Origin: Malacoraja senta
Taxonomy: Eukaryota
DNA length: 64,000 bases
Assembly (NCBI GenBank): GCA_038087875.1
Contig: CM075988.1
Span: 10,046,001-10,110,000 of the forward strand
Reading direction: 5' to 3'
Part shown: piece after piece, positions 52,091 to 63,790 of the stretch
Layout: each line of letters begins with the position of its first letter
How positions within the stretch are numbered: the stretch's first letter is position 1
The notes under the pieces: model-generated
The model's database searches: none
What the model saw: the letters and a program-made list of their open reading frames with translations, nothing else
What the model was told of the DNA's origin: nothing
Program-made: the position numbers and the translations under genes

Positions 52091-53091
52091 TTAAACAATA
52101 GCAACAGCACTCAATATTGAGTTGGCAAACAGCCCTCCATCGGCAATCGGCCGATGGTAGTATTGCTGAAACACAAGTTCATTTTTCCAACCTGCGGCTT
52201 TTAATATATGGTCGATGGGAACGTCCATCGCCCTGGCCGCGGATGTTGCTACTGCGCTAGTGGAATGAGATGTAAACACATAAATGTTAATTCCTGCCTG
52301 AACCAACTCTTGCTTTAACCACCTTGAGATAGTCTGAACTGCCACTCTTTTATGTTGGCTTCTTGTAACTGAGAAATAATCCTGTTTCTTCTTGTCTTAA
52401 AGCCCTTGCGGCTTCAATGTAATGTAACAAATGTGTCCTTACACATAAACATGGAGCTGTAGGATATGCTGAGATCACAATCTTAAGACCTGTCACACCT
52501 GGCCTGCTTTGTTTGAGCAGGACAGAAATACAAAACAGAACATTCTCTGTATTCACTTCCATTCTCTCGAACTGAAGTTTTTGGAAAGTCTGCACTCTCT
52601 GTACTGACACTAATGCCATTAGCATAGCCAATTTCATGATTAATTTTAACAAAGTTATAGACGTGACAGGGACCCAATGACGAAGTATGTTACAAACAAC
52701 ACTTACCTTGCAGATTACCATATACCTAGGCTTAGGCGGTTTGGAATTAAAGATTCCTTTCATCAACCTAGATATGAGAGGGTGAGAACCTATACTTTGT
52801 GTCCATGTACCTATTACAAGATATGCCGACCAAGCACTTCTAGCTGTATTGATAGCAGTATAGCTAAGACCATCATCATAATAAAGTGTAGATAAACTCT
52901 AACCCATTTTCAATAACTACAGTATCATATTGAATATTCTTTTGAACACAATATTGTTCCCATTTTTTTTTTTTTTTTTTTTCATAAGTCATATACTGTT
53001 TTTGAGTACTGTTTCTCCAGGCTGCAGTGAGTATATCCACCGTTGGCCTAGAAAGTCCTCGACCAATGTAAGGCATTCTTAAAACCTGCAA
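52091..53091 (-). pseudogene. DIRS tyrosine recombinase, frameshifted
   Basis: AWRNSTQKQY...W; MKGIFNSKPPKPRY; KLAMLMALVSVQRVQT; LLKQSRPG; CLCVRTHLLHY; TISRWLK...FTSHSTSAVATS...ILKAAGWKNELVFQQYYHRPI. The HxxR motif reads HSTS. Confidence 0.9.
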
Positions 53092-53189
53092 ATTAAAAGA
53101 TCCATACCATCACATAACGGATGAACTTAATGCGTTACTGGATGCTCCAGCAAATTCCTACTGTTTGGAATCAGCAAAAAGAGGTTGGA

Positions 53190-53400
53190 TCGCTATCTGT
53201 AACATCAAAGGAAACCATGGTTGAATCAGGCAATTTGGTATCACCAAAACCCCTGAAGCGGCATCCTGCTTGATTTTCTCAAACACCGACCTACGAGGCA
53301 GAATGGTGGGAAAATGTACACAAACATATCATCCCAATTTAGTGAAAAAGCATCAATTGTCACTGCCCCTGGATCTGGTGCCTATGAAACATATTTTGGC
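53190..53400 (-). pseudogene. DIRS DNA N6-adenine methyltransferase-like domain remnant
   Basis: Manual translation PKYVS*APDPGAVTIDAFSLNWDDMFVYIFPPFCLVGRCLRK / IKQDAASGVLVIPNCLIQPWFP, with the DAF..W and Y.FPPF motifs typical of DIRS MT. Confidence 0.85.
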
Positions 53401-53449
53401 CTTCCATATAGAAGTACTATGTTCTTGAACACATCCTGGTTCCACATCC

Positions 53450-54790
53450 ACTCTGTGTTATGATGGAATTTTCGTGAGCTGCCATCTGGTACTACATTAA
53501 GTTTCCGTGGCAGATAGATAGCTCCAATCCAAATCTCTCTATCTCTACTCCAGGTCCAATTGTATTTGCCAACCTGTCACATGATAACAATTTGATTCCA
53601 CCCATGTGATTCATATCAGCAACTGCTGTAGTGTTGTCTATTTTGCACTGCACATGCAAACTAGTTTAGTTAGTGCCATAAGCCTTGAGTCCATAAAATA
53701 CTCTTGGTTAATTCCCCATGTTTGCAGAAGCAATGTTCATCTGTCTCCACCGCTGGATCTTGTATCAGTAGCACCCTACCCAAGTGCTCTGACATCTGTC
53801 TGCAAATCATGGAAGCTTGGTCCAATAACACTTTGGAACTACTAGTGGACACATGCTGAATCCACCATTGTACATCAGCAACAGCCTCTATTGATAGAAG
53901 CATAGGTCTATTATAATGACCCCAATGTATCCTCAATGCTTGTTCCTTTGACCTTTGTAATTGTAGATAATAAAGTGTCCATATTGAACTGCTTGAAATG
54001 CTGCCAGCCATTACCACAGCAGGCTTGTCACCTGGCTAATTGAAGGCTGTGTGTTAGCAATTAGCTTGATATAGCTCTTAATTAGCTCTACCCATTTTTG
54101 CCTGGGCAAGGTCACAATGATGTTGATTAAGTCCATTGTGAACCCAACTAGTCAATTTGTGTCACAGGTATAAATTTAGATTTCTCAGAATAGCTTATAA
54201 AGCCCAATTAAAAATTGGTTTTTACCAACTGCCACTGATGCTTCAGCTGTTTCCTTTGATTGTCCTACAATCAAGATATTATCTAGCTAAGCCATGAGCA
54301 CATGACCTTGACTTCTCATCATGCCTAGCATAGGTTTTAACAACTTTGTAATCACTCTAGGAGCTGAAGACAAACCATTAGGCAGTGGATTGTATTGGCA
54401 TAATTGCCCCATCCAGCTGAATTTTAAATCTTCTATCCTGCAAATGAACAGACACTGAATCCGCATCTTTAAGATCTCCTTCACAAACGTTTCCATCTTA
54501 AAATGTCTATACCGTACAAAAGGGTTAAGACTATTCAGGTCTGTATAATTCTGCATCCCCCCATCCTTTTTTGGTCTGGGAAAAATATTGGACACAAACT
54601 GATGGCTTTGGTAAACTGCCTTAGCAATTACACCTTTATTACATAAGCTTGCAAGTTCCAGCTGAACTTCCAATTGTTCAGTGATACTGAAGTCAAACTC
54701 CTTTTTTGGAACATGTTGCATGGGTAAATCAGAATTTGCATTAAGCTTTATTTGATGCCCTTGAATAACCTTCAGTATAAACTGAGGTAA
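53450..54790 (-). pseudogene. DIRS reverse transcriptase / RNase H, multiple frameshifts and stops
   Basis: FVSNIFPRPKKDGG...DLNSLNPFVRYRHFKMET...QYNPLPNGLSSAPRVITKLLKPML...LMA*LDNILIVG (YLDD decayed), and DVQWWIQH. Confidence 0.88.
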
Positions 54791-54887
54791 ACATTTAATT
54801 GTATCACATTAGATCTGTCTACATGAGAACCAGACCCTCTTACCTCCTTACCACCTGGCATTCTTCCCCGGCCTTGAGCTGGATATC

Positions 54888-56060
54888 TCACCTCCGTGGC
54901 GGTGCTACAGCCGAACGCCAACTGCGCTGCATCGTAGCTGGACTAGTCCCTTGCCCGGACCAGTCTGCTCCCTTATAGGGATACTTCCGCTTTGGTGAAT
55001 ATGTGGCTGCCGTCTTAGCCTCCTCCTCCAGCTCCTTCACCAGCTGTGCGAAATCCTCGCCAAACAGCTGTGCCGGTTGCACTGTGCCAGGCTGGCAGAG
55101 TGAAGCATATTTAGCATTGATGGTTGGTCTAATGGCATCTTGCGGAGGCAGTTGATCTCAAAGTGGGCACTCCACAATAGCGCCTTTTGTTGTAATTTGT
55201 CATGGCCTCTCCATCCACCATCCTGGCAAAGCTCGTTATACCAGATGCCAGCAACTTTAAAAATATGCTGTAGCTTCACATGCTCCTGGGCTTTCATTAG
55301 TATGCCCATCTTGCCCCAATTCTTCCTGTTCCCAACAGGAACTTTAAACAGTCCACAGTTGATTGGGGCTTCATACTTCTTTACTGTCTCATCCATTGTC
55401 AGCTCCTGTAGCTGATGTGAGACTTGGTAATTTATGCTGGTGGCAAGTTCCTCACCCAGAGGCTCACCAGTGTCCGACGACATGGCAAACCGTGCTGCAC
55501 ACGGTGTCAGCTCTGACAGCTGCCTGCCCTCCCTTTGGAAGTCGTCGGACTCAGGGTCAGAGCGTATCTGCCCTTCTGCACTCACCTCTTGCAAAGAGGG
55601 TGCTTTCAAGCAGGCCTCTACTAGGCACTGCCAGCGGAGCCGTCCCCTCGGCCTCCCGCCTGCACAACTCCTCCTGGAGTATGGCTTTATGAAGCAGACC
55701 TCTCCTAGGCACTGCCAGCGGAGCCTTCCCTAAGGCTTCCCGCCTGCACCACTCCTCCTGGAGCGTCTCTGTGGAGCAGCCCCTGTATGAGCTGCTCCTT
55801 TTGGATAACCGCTGGGGAACGGTATCCTGTCCCCGACGGGACTCTCGTGGCCTGACTCTGCGGAGTGTATAGCCCTGACAGACTTGGCTTCTGCCGACCG
55901 CCCGACTGGCGTTGGCTGTGTACCCGGCTGGTCACTTTGCCAAGTCTGTCGCCGCACCGTTACCGGCTTGCGACTCCCCCGAGGTGACAGGCTGCCTTTC
56001 AGAGACTGCACTCCCGCAGCTCTCTCTCTCCTTGTCGGCAGCAGCCTGCACCTTTTCCTT
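54888..56060 (-). pseudogene. DIRS gag-like ORF1, broken
   Basis: Position between the left ITR and RT; KYEAPINCGLFKVP and QLFGEDFAQLVKELEEEAK. Contains an 84-bp internal tandem duplication (55613-55765). Confidence 0.65.
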
Positions 56061-56819
56061 GTTCCTGTATGTGGGGGGAAAACACACAGAAACAATATCT
56101 TTACTTTTCTCTAACTCCTCCAAAGTCTCCCCGACTTTGGTGGAGCTGTATTTACTCACGTTGCAGCAGGAGGTCCGTGCTCCTGCTGCCGTTCGCACCA
56201 ATGCGTCCGACGTAATGACACGCATGCGCCCTGACGGGGTTCTTCACGTAGTCACTCACGTGACTCCGAAGTAAAATTATATTTCACACGTATAAATGTG
56301 ACAAGTTACAACAAGCAGCAATTATCCACATTTGGTAATAAAATCAAACGTATGCTGGTGGCTCGGCTGCTGAAGATGCATAATTGACTAAATGAGTCAA
56401 CAACAGCAAACACCACAAATAGCCCATACTGTTAGATGGGGCTTGTTAAAGTGAAAGGCAGCCTATCAGTCGTATTAAAATCCAGCTACTAAACCTGACA
56501 GTTGTTAATGAAGCCCACAGTCCCAATCATAACATTGTTTTACTAAATGTGTTTTTTTGTGTGTAGATTGCTTCCAGTACATGGAAGCCAGCAATCTCAG
56601 AGACAGCTCTGTTGTTCTTCCATTGTTGTAGATCAACTCGACAACAACTGATTTATGATACCAGCAATGTGGTGCAATATTTTTAAAGACAAAACTGTAG
56701 GTTTGAATGACTAGAAATTAAAATATGACCCTCACAACAATAAGGCTAGAGTGTTACATGGAATTGAATTGCCTTTTGTTATGCATTGTGTACACCTGCT
56801 TCTGTTCTTTTGTTATATG

Positions 56820-57122
56820 TTTAGACTTTAGAATTTAGAGATTCAGTATGGACACAGACCCTTCGGCCCTAGGAAGCAGCCCGTGTCGGCCAGCAATCGC
56901 CCCATACACTAGCACTATCCTCCATATTATGGATGATTTACAGTTTGCAGAAGCCAATTAATCTACACATCTGTACGTCTTTGGAGATGCGAGGAAACCA
57001 GAGCACCCGGAGGAAACCCATGTGGTCACAGGGAGAATGTACAAACTCCATACAGACAGCACCCGTAGTCAGGTTCGAAGCTGGGTAAGTCAACAACTCT
57101 ACAGCTGTGCTACTGTACCACC
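56820..57122 (-). mobile_element. V-SINE (HE1-like)
   Basis: TTTAGACTTTAG tail and reverse V-domain. Confidence 0.8.
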
Positions 57123-57964
57123 CAATGTTTATAACAATATATGAGGAGGCCATTTGTCTCATTGAGTCCAGGGCAGCTCCTGGAGGAGCAATCTCAATGG
57201 GCCCAGTACCTCTCACCTTGTTTCTCTTTCCCTTTGCACCCTCTTCTCTCTCACACATTGCCATCAACTCTCCTTTAATTCTTATTATCACAAACCTACT
57301 CTGGAGATAGGTTACAATGGCTAATTAACTACCTGCATTTGGGACGTGTGAGGGAACTAGACCACCCTGAGGAAATCCTCACCCTCGTAGAAAAAGCAAG
57401 CACACTCAACACAGACAAGACTGAGTCTGAGTTATGTTGTGAGTTGGAGTTGGGACATATTGTTGTTATGCTCAAAGTTTTAAAAAACTGCTGCCTTTAA
57501 GACCTATAAAGTTACCTTCAATTAATAGATTTATTTGATGCTTTGAATTCAAGCCAAGAGCTTGTGTGACCATTTACCACAACATAGATCACATTTTGCT
57601 CTGTCAGGGATCATGAAAATTTATGGCTGATTGATCAGAACTGAAGAGAACTGAAGCAGAACTGAATCCAACAAGCAGTTTACCAATATTGAATGCAGGA
57701 ATACAAATTCAAATACTTAACATTGGAAAAACAAAATTACTGAGTAATTGTACTGGAAACATTTATTTTTAGCATGACCAGATGACCGAAACAGCTTTAA
57801 GATTTTAATTGTATTATTATGATTACTTTCATGCTATTTATCACATTGTAATTTGCAACTGTGTGTCTGGTGCAGAGTTAGCAATATACCTCCTAGGGTG
57901 CATTGATTATTTAGTATCTCCCAAGGCACATTTTGCTGCATATATGCATCTCCAGCTCCATTAG

Positions 57965-58365
57965 TTTAGTTTATTTATTGTTACGTGTACCGAGGTACAG
58001 TGAAAAGCTGTTGTTGCGAGTTAACCATTCCACGGAAAGACAATACATGATTACAATCGAACCATCCACACTGTACAGATACATAAGGGAATAACGTTTA
58101 GTGCAAGATAAAGTCCAGCAAAGTCCGATTAAAGATAGTCCCAGAGTCTCCAATGAAGTAGATAGAAGTTCAGGACCGCTCTTTAGTTGTTGGTAGGGTG
58201 TTGCTTGATGTTGCCTGATAACAGCTGGGAAGAAACTGTCCCTGAATCTGCAGGTGTTTTCTCACACTTCTATATCTCTTGCCTGATGGGAGAGGGGAAA
58301 AGAGGGAGTGGCTGAGGTGTGACTCGTCATTGGTTATGCTGGTGATCTTGCCGAGGCAGCATAAG
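57965..58365 (-). mobile_element. Rex1-type 3' fragment
   Basis: TTTATTGTTACGTGTACCGAGGTACAGTGAAAAGC tail, and GGGAAGAAACTGTCCCTGAATCTG...TTGCCTGATGGGAG (reverse LPSGKRY). Confidence 0.75.
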
Positions 58366-58624
58366 GTAATGGGAAGAATAAATCTCTGCTATACCAACAG
58401 TGATCCTTAATCATTTCATGTTTGTTGGAAATTGAGTTGGTAGAGTTCATTGGACTCATTGGGATAGTGCACCTCAATACATGTGGTATTGGGCCTTTGT
58501 CAATAAACTCCACTTCCATGGACTTCTTATTGAAAGAATAACTATTTTGAGGACTCGGAAGATGGAGCATGATGGTTGACCAGGCAAAGATCCTTTAACT
58601 TGAAATGTTAGCTCCATTTCTCTT

Positions 58625-58946
58625 TAGTTTGGTTTAGTTTAGAGATATGGCGCAGAAACAGGCCCTTTGGCCCACTGAGTCCACACCAACCAGCGATCCC
58701 CGCACACTAACACTATCCTACACACACTAGGGACAATTTTCATTTACAGCAAGCCAGTTAACCTACAAACCAGTACGTCTTTGGTGTGTGGGAGAAAACC
58801 GAAGATCTCGGAGAAAACCCACGCAGGTCATGGGGAGAACGTACAAACTTCATACAGACAACACCTGTAGTCAGGATCGAACCCGGGTCTCCGGCGCTGC
58901 AAGCGCTGAAAGGCAGCTGCTCTACTGCTGTGTCACCATGCCGCCC
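58625..58946 (-). mobile_element. V-SINE (HE1-like), full length
   Basis: Tail, V-domain and head all present on the minus strand. Confidence 0.85.
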
Positions 58947-60274
58947 TTGCCAGAGATGTTGCCTGCCCGCTGATTTTATTTTTTTTGAATTTGTCATAGT
59001 CTTAGAGAATTATTTGAATGCCCTCTTTTTTGTCTTTGCTCTGAGTTGTTTTGCAGCTAGCCCAGTGATCAGCGCCTTATACTTTGGACTCATTTTGATC
59101 ATCCTACTCTGAGCCTTTCTCTAATGAATGTCATTGAGCAAGACTGACCATTAATGAATGCTCACCGCTTGATGAGCCTTGCCACTGATCTGAAACATGT
59201 CAGCATAATTTGTTTTGACATTCTGCAATCTTTGGGTCCTTTTCAGTGTTTTATTTCACTAATTGATAGGGTCTTGTGCAAAACGGGAGATGATCAATCA
59301 ACTCTTCCAAATTGCTTTCCAATTTGTCTGACTTTTTATTCAATGACTGTTTATTACAACTGCTTTGCATGTGCCATGCGTCTGTTCCATTTCAAGGCTC
59401 TATGGATATTTTTACACAAGATAAAAACTTGGGAATGAGCAACCCATAAACAACAATTTTTAAATAATACAGATAATAATACAATAATACAAATAATACA
59501 ACGCGCATTTAAATTCTTCTCATGGTCATATCTTGAAGCCTGTGAGTCAAATATAAATGTATATGTTTCTGTGGCAAGACATTCAAAAGGTGTTCCATTA
59601 TTGGCTGAGCACATCCATTGATTTATTATCTTGTCTTAGGCTTCCATAGTTTGATTAAAAGACCAACAGAATTTATTGTACACCTTCAATGGACCATTTC
59701 TAGTCTCTTTCTGCCTAAAAGCAAGATTTTTAACATGTTCCTCAGCAGGGTGTATAGGTTTTCTAAATGACTCTGGTGACTTGTGCATGTTTTGATCTGA
59801 AATATTTTTGAGGCATAAATTTCCTCTGTGGGCATAGAATAACATTCTAATCTTTCTCAAGCACAGATCAGTTCAGTTGGAAAATTAAGAGGCTAAACTC
59901 TCAAAACATTTTGCTTAATTTGGCTAAATGTGAGATCATCCATATTAACTATCTGCCCAGCACTGATCCATCTTGTTCCCTGCATAAGCTGCATTGCTCT
60001 GTTGCAATCTTCACAAGCACAGTTTAACACACGCAGTGGGCACGAATGCATCAGAAACACAAATATGTAATTACTTTCCATTTTCTGAAAAATATTAAAC
60101 GGACCGAACTTTATGAAAAAGTGTAAAATGATGATCCTCCTTTCTGCTTTCTTTGGTTTGAGATTGTCAAAGCATTTCATTTCAATTTTATTCTTGTCAT
60201 ATAGCTACTTAATTTAAATTGTGATCAACAACCAGTATATTTATTTCTTATATTTTTGCCTCTTATCATTGTGC

Positions 60275-61200
60275 GCCAAGAATGTTTAATTGTCAAATGA
60301 ATTGACAATGAAACAATTAAATCATTACTTGCAAAAGGCACAAAACGCTGGAGTAACTCAGCGGGTCAGGAAGCATCTCTGGATAGGTGACAATTCGGGT
60401 CGAGGCCCTTCGTCAGACTCAACATGGATAGGCAATGTTTCAGGTTGAGACACTTCTTTAGACTGACGTTTGGGGATGAGACCTTTCTTCAGTTTCCACA
60501 AAGGGACACAAAGTGCTGATGTATTATATAAATAATATATAATACACAAAAAAATCAATAAATTAATAATCCCAGTACAAGTGCAAAATGTCCAAACTCC
60601 TAAGTGCAACCGAAGACAGTCCACAGTTCATAGTTGAGGTTTGTGTTATTTAGTGTTTAAGACAATGATGGTTGTTGCGAAGAAGCTATTCTTGAATTTG
60701 TTGTTTCAGAGTTTATACCTTCTTCCTGCTGGTAGGAATGAAACAAAATCTCTTTAATGTGGGGGAGGTCAGTACACATAATGGACCAGGCAGTGTTCAC
60801 CACTTTTTATAATCTCCTTCATTTCCAACTGTACGAGTTGATGAACCAGGCCATGATGCAACCAGTCAATATGTTATCTACCCGTACATCTGTAGAAGTT
60901 CAATAGAGTATTTGTCGGCAAACCAAATCTCCTCAATCTTCTAAAGAAGTAGAAACATTGATTGGCTTTCTTTATGATTGCGTCAATGTGTTTGGCAGAT
61001 CTTTTGTGATATGCAGTCCAGGAACTTGAAGTTATCGATTCTCTCCACCGCCAAAGCATCAATGAAGATAGGTTTGTGGATCCTTGGATTTCCCCTTCTA
61101 AAGTCAACAATTAGCTCATCAATCTCAATGCCATTGAGAGAAAGATTGTTGTTCTGGCACCATTCAATCGGGTTTTCCATCGCCCTACCACATCATTACG
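60275..61200 (-). mobile_element. Old Rex1-type 3' fragment interrupted by Penelope-like tails (60335-60517)
   Basis: WCQNNNLSLNG...ELIVDFRRG...FKFL; IIKKANQCFYFFRRLRRFG...NFYRCT. Confidence 0.85.
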
Positions 61201-61361
61201 CATTATTCATTGAAGGACCTGGCTCAAGATAGGCTATTCTCAAAGATACTGGCTGACCTCCAAAACTTCACCCACATTAACTTTAAAAGGAGTTTCAAAT
61301 TATGACAGCCAACTGGCTATTTAATATGAGTTGCATCTCATCCAACTTTTATTTCATTTAA

Positions 61362-63405
61362 GGTAGACACAAAAAAGCTGGAGTAACTCAGAGTTACAAG
61401 CAGCATCTCTGGATGGGTGACGTTTCAGGTCGGACCCTTCTTCAGACTAGTCAGGGAAAAGGGAAACGAGAGATATAGATTATGATGGAGAGAGATAAAG
61501 AACAATGAATGAAAAGTAACGATGATTAAAAAAAAACAGGCCATTGAAATTGAAATTGAATTGAAATTATTTTATTTGTCACATGTGCCAATTGGCACAG
61601 TGAAATGTGTGATTGCCATACAGCCATACAATCAAAAATAAGAACACAACACATGATAGAGTTCAACATAAAACATCCCCACACAGCAGAATCAAATTTT
61701 CCCACTGTGAGGGAAGGCACCAAAGTCAGTCGTCTTCCTCTAATGTTCCCCGCTGTTCACCCGTGGTCGGGGCCTCCCCGAGCGCACCGCAGTCGCCGCT
61801 ACGGGCGGTCCGATGTTCAGGCCCGCTCGCCGGGGTGATGTAAGTCCGATGTCAGGGCTGGGTGACCTCCTCAGCGGCTTGGGCATCAGAGTCGGCCACC
61901 TCCTACCGGAGTCCACAGCTCCCAAAGTCCGCAGGCTGCGCCGGGCAGAGATGCAGAGATGCAGCGCTGGCGGCCCTCGGCAAAGAGCCCCAGGACTCCG
62001 TGATGTCATTCAGCGCCGGAAGCTCTCCCAAACCGCAACTCCACGATGTTGGAGCTCTCCCAAACGCTGGAAGCTCTCCAAAACCGCAGCTCCACGAGCT
62101 CCAAACGGCGATCCAGGTCGGCATCGCCCGCTCCGCCCACTCCGCGGTGAATCCAGCGCCGCGCCGCCGCTGTTGCAGCTCTGGTCCAGTTCCCAGTCAC
62201 CGGCAGGAAAGGCCGCTCCGATCCAGGTGGTAGGCCGCGAGGAGGGGGGCGAGGACGCGACTTGGAGAAATAGTCGCGTCCCCGCCAGGAAGCGACTGGG
62301 AAACAGTTTCCCCCTTACCCTACCCCCCTCCCCCACATAGAAAAGTTAAAGTTTCCCCCCAAAACAAACATTAAGCTAACTAAAAATTAAAAAAAGTTGG
62401 AAAAAACGAACAGGCTGCAGGCAGAGGCTGCCCTCAGTGTAGCGCCCCCTGTTGCTGACTTTGATGTTTGTTGGGTGAAAACTAGAAGTTGGTGTGACTT
62501 GGGTGGGGGAGGGATAGAGAGAGAAGGAATGCCGGGATTACTTGAAGTTAGAGAAATCAAAATCATACCACTGGGCTGTAAGCTGCCCAAGCAAAATATG
62601 AGATGCTGCTCCTCCAATTTGCATTTAGCCTCACTCTGACAATGGAGGAGACAGGACAAAAAGGTCAATGTGTGAATGGGAAAGAGATTTGAAGTATTTA
62701 GCAACCTGGAAATCAGGAAGGTTCAGGCGGAATGAGCAGAGGTGTTCAGTGAAACTATCGCCCAGTAGTCTCGCCGGTGTATAAGAGTCCACATCTTGAA
62801 GATGATGCAACTAAACTTCTGCCATAACCTGAAAGGACAGTCGGGGCCCTGGACAGTCGAGCTAGGAGATATAGGGGCACATGTTGCATCTTCTGCGGTT
62901 GCAAGGGAAGGTTCCTGGGGAGGGAGGGGTTGCGTGAGAAGGAATGAGTTAACCAGGGAGTTGCAGAGGGAACGGTCCCTGTGGAAGGAGGAAAGGAGTG
63001 GTGATGGGAAGATGTGACTAGTGTTGGGATCCTGTTGGAGGTGGCAAAAATGTTGGAGGATTATGTGGTGTAAGCAATGGCTGATGGGGTGAAAGGTAAG
63101 GACTAGGAGGGACTTGCCTCTGTTGAGAATAGGGAGAGGGGGAGCAAGGGGTGAGCAAGGGGGGAGCTGCGGGGTACCGAGGAGACATGAGTGAGGGGTT
63201 CATCTATGATGGGAGAAGGGAACCCCCAGTTCCCTAAAGACTTAGGACTTCTCGGATGTCCTAGTGTGGAACACATCATCTTGGGCGTAGATGCGGCGCC
63301 GACAGAAACATTTGGAGAAGGGGATAAAGTCTTTTCAGGAAGCAGGTTGGGAAGAAGTGTAGTCGAGATGGTTGTGGGAGTCAGTGGGTTTGTAAAAGAC
63401 GTCTA
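61362..63405 (-). mobile_element. Penelope-like element, 5'-truncated (RT thumb, GIY-YIG, 3' tail with hammerhead), interrupted at 61546-62450
   Basis: VFYKPTDSHNHLDYTSS; LLHCQSEAKCKLEEQHLIFCLGSLQPSGM; downstream same-strand CTGAAGAAGGGTCCGACCTGAAACGTC at 61419-61445. Confidence 0.85.
61546..62450 (-). mobile_element. GC-rich non-autonomous retroelement with Rex-type tail (family copy D)
   Basis: Shares GCGGCCTACCA...GGAGCGGCCTTTCCTGCCGG and GTGCCTTCCCTCACAGTGGG blocks. Tail TTTCACTGTGCCAATTGGCACATGTGACAAATAAA(TTCAA)n. Splits the Penelope tail at GGCCATT^GTTGCTG. Confidence 0.75.
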
Positions 63406-63466
63406 ACTTGACATCTACAGAAACATAGATTGCCGTGCATAATATTGTGATAAATGGATGAGATTC

Positions 63467-63790
63467 TATAAAGTACAAAGTTAGGCCATTTGGCCCATCA
63501 AGTCCACCGCCATTCAATCATGGCTCATCTATCTCTCCATCCTAACCCCATTCTCCTTACTTCTCCCCGTAACCCCTGACACCCGTAGTAATCAAGAATC
63601 TATCTATGTCTGCCTTAAAAATATACATTGACATGGTCTGCACAGCCTTATGTAGCAATGAGTTCCACAGATTCACCGCCCTCTGACTAAAGAAATTCCT
63701 CCTCATCTCCTTCCTAAAGGAAAGTCCTTTAATTCTGAGTTCATGACCTCTGGTCCTAGACTCTCCCACTAGTGGAAACATCCTCTCCAC
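63467..63790 (-). mobile_element. CR1 LINE 3' end
   Basis: ERMFPLVGESRTRGHELRIKG...FFSQRAVNLWNSL. Confidence 0.9.

Larger units (their letters stand above)
51539..56277 (-). mobile_element. DIRS1-type tyrosine recombinase retrotransposon, full length, coding regions decayed
   Basis: ITR core TACGTGAAGAACCCCGTCAGGGCGCATGCG (51611-51640) is inverted at 56221-56250. ICR 51768-51879 is complementary to both termini. Domain order gag, RT, RNaseH, MT, YR on the minus strand. ATT at both ends. Confidence 0.95.

Noticed and set aside
62225..62250. Minus-strand CCTCCTCGCGG resembling the HDV ribozyme P3/L3 loop in the GC-rich family
   Set aside because: Could not build P1.1, P2 and J4/2 consistently, and copies A and B do not keep the motif. 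An RNArobo or Infernal search would settle it.
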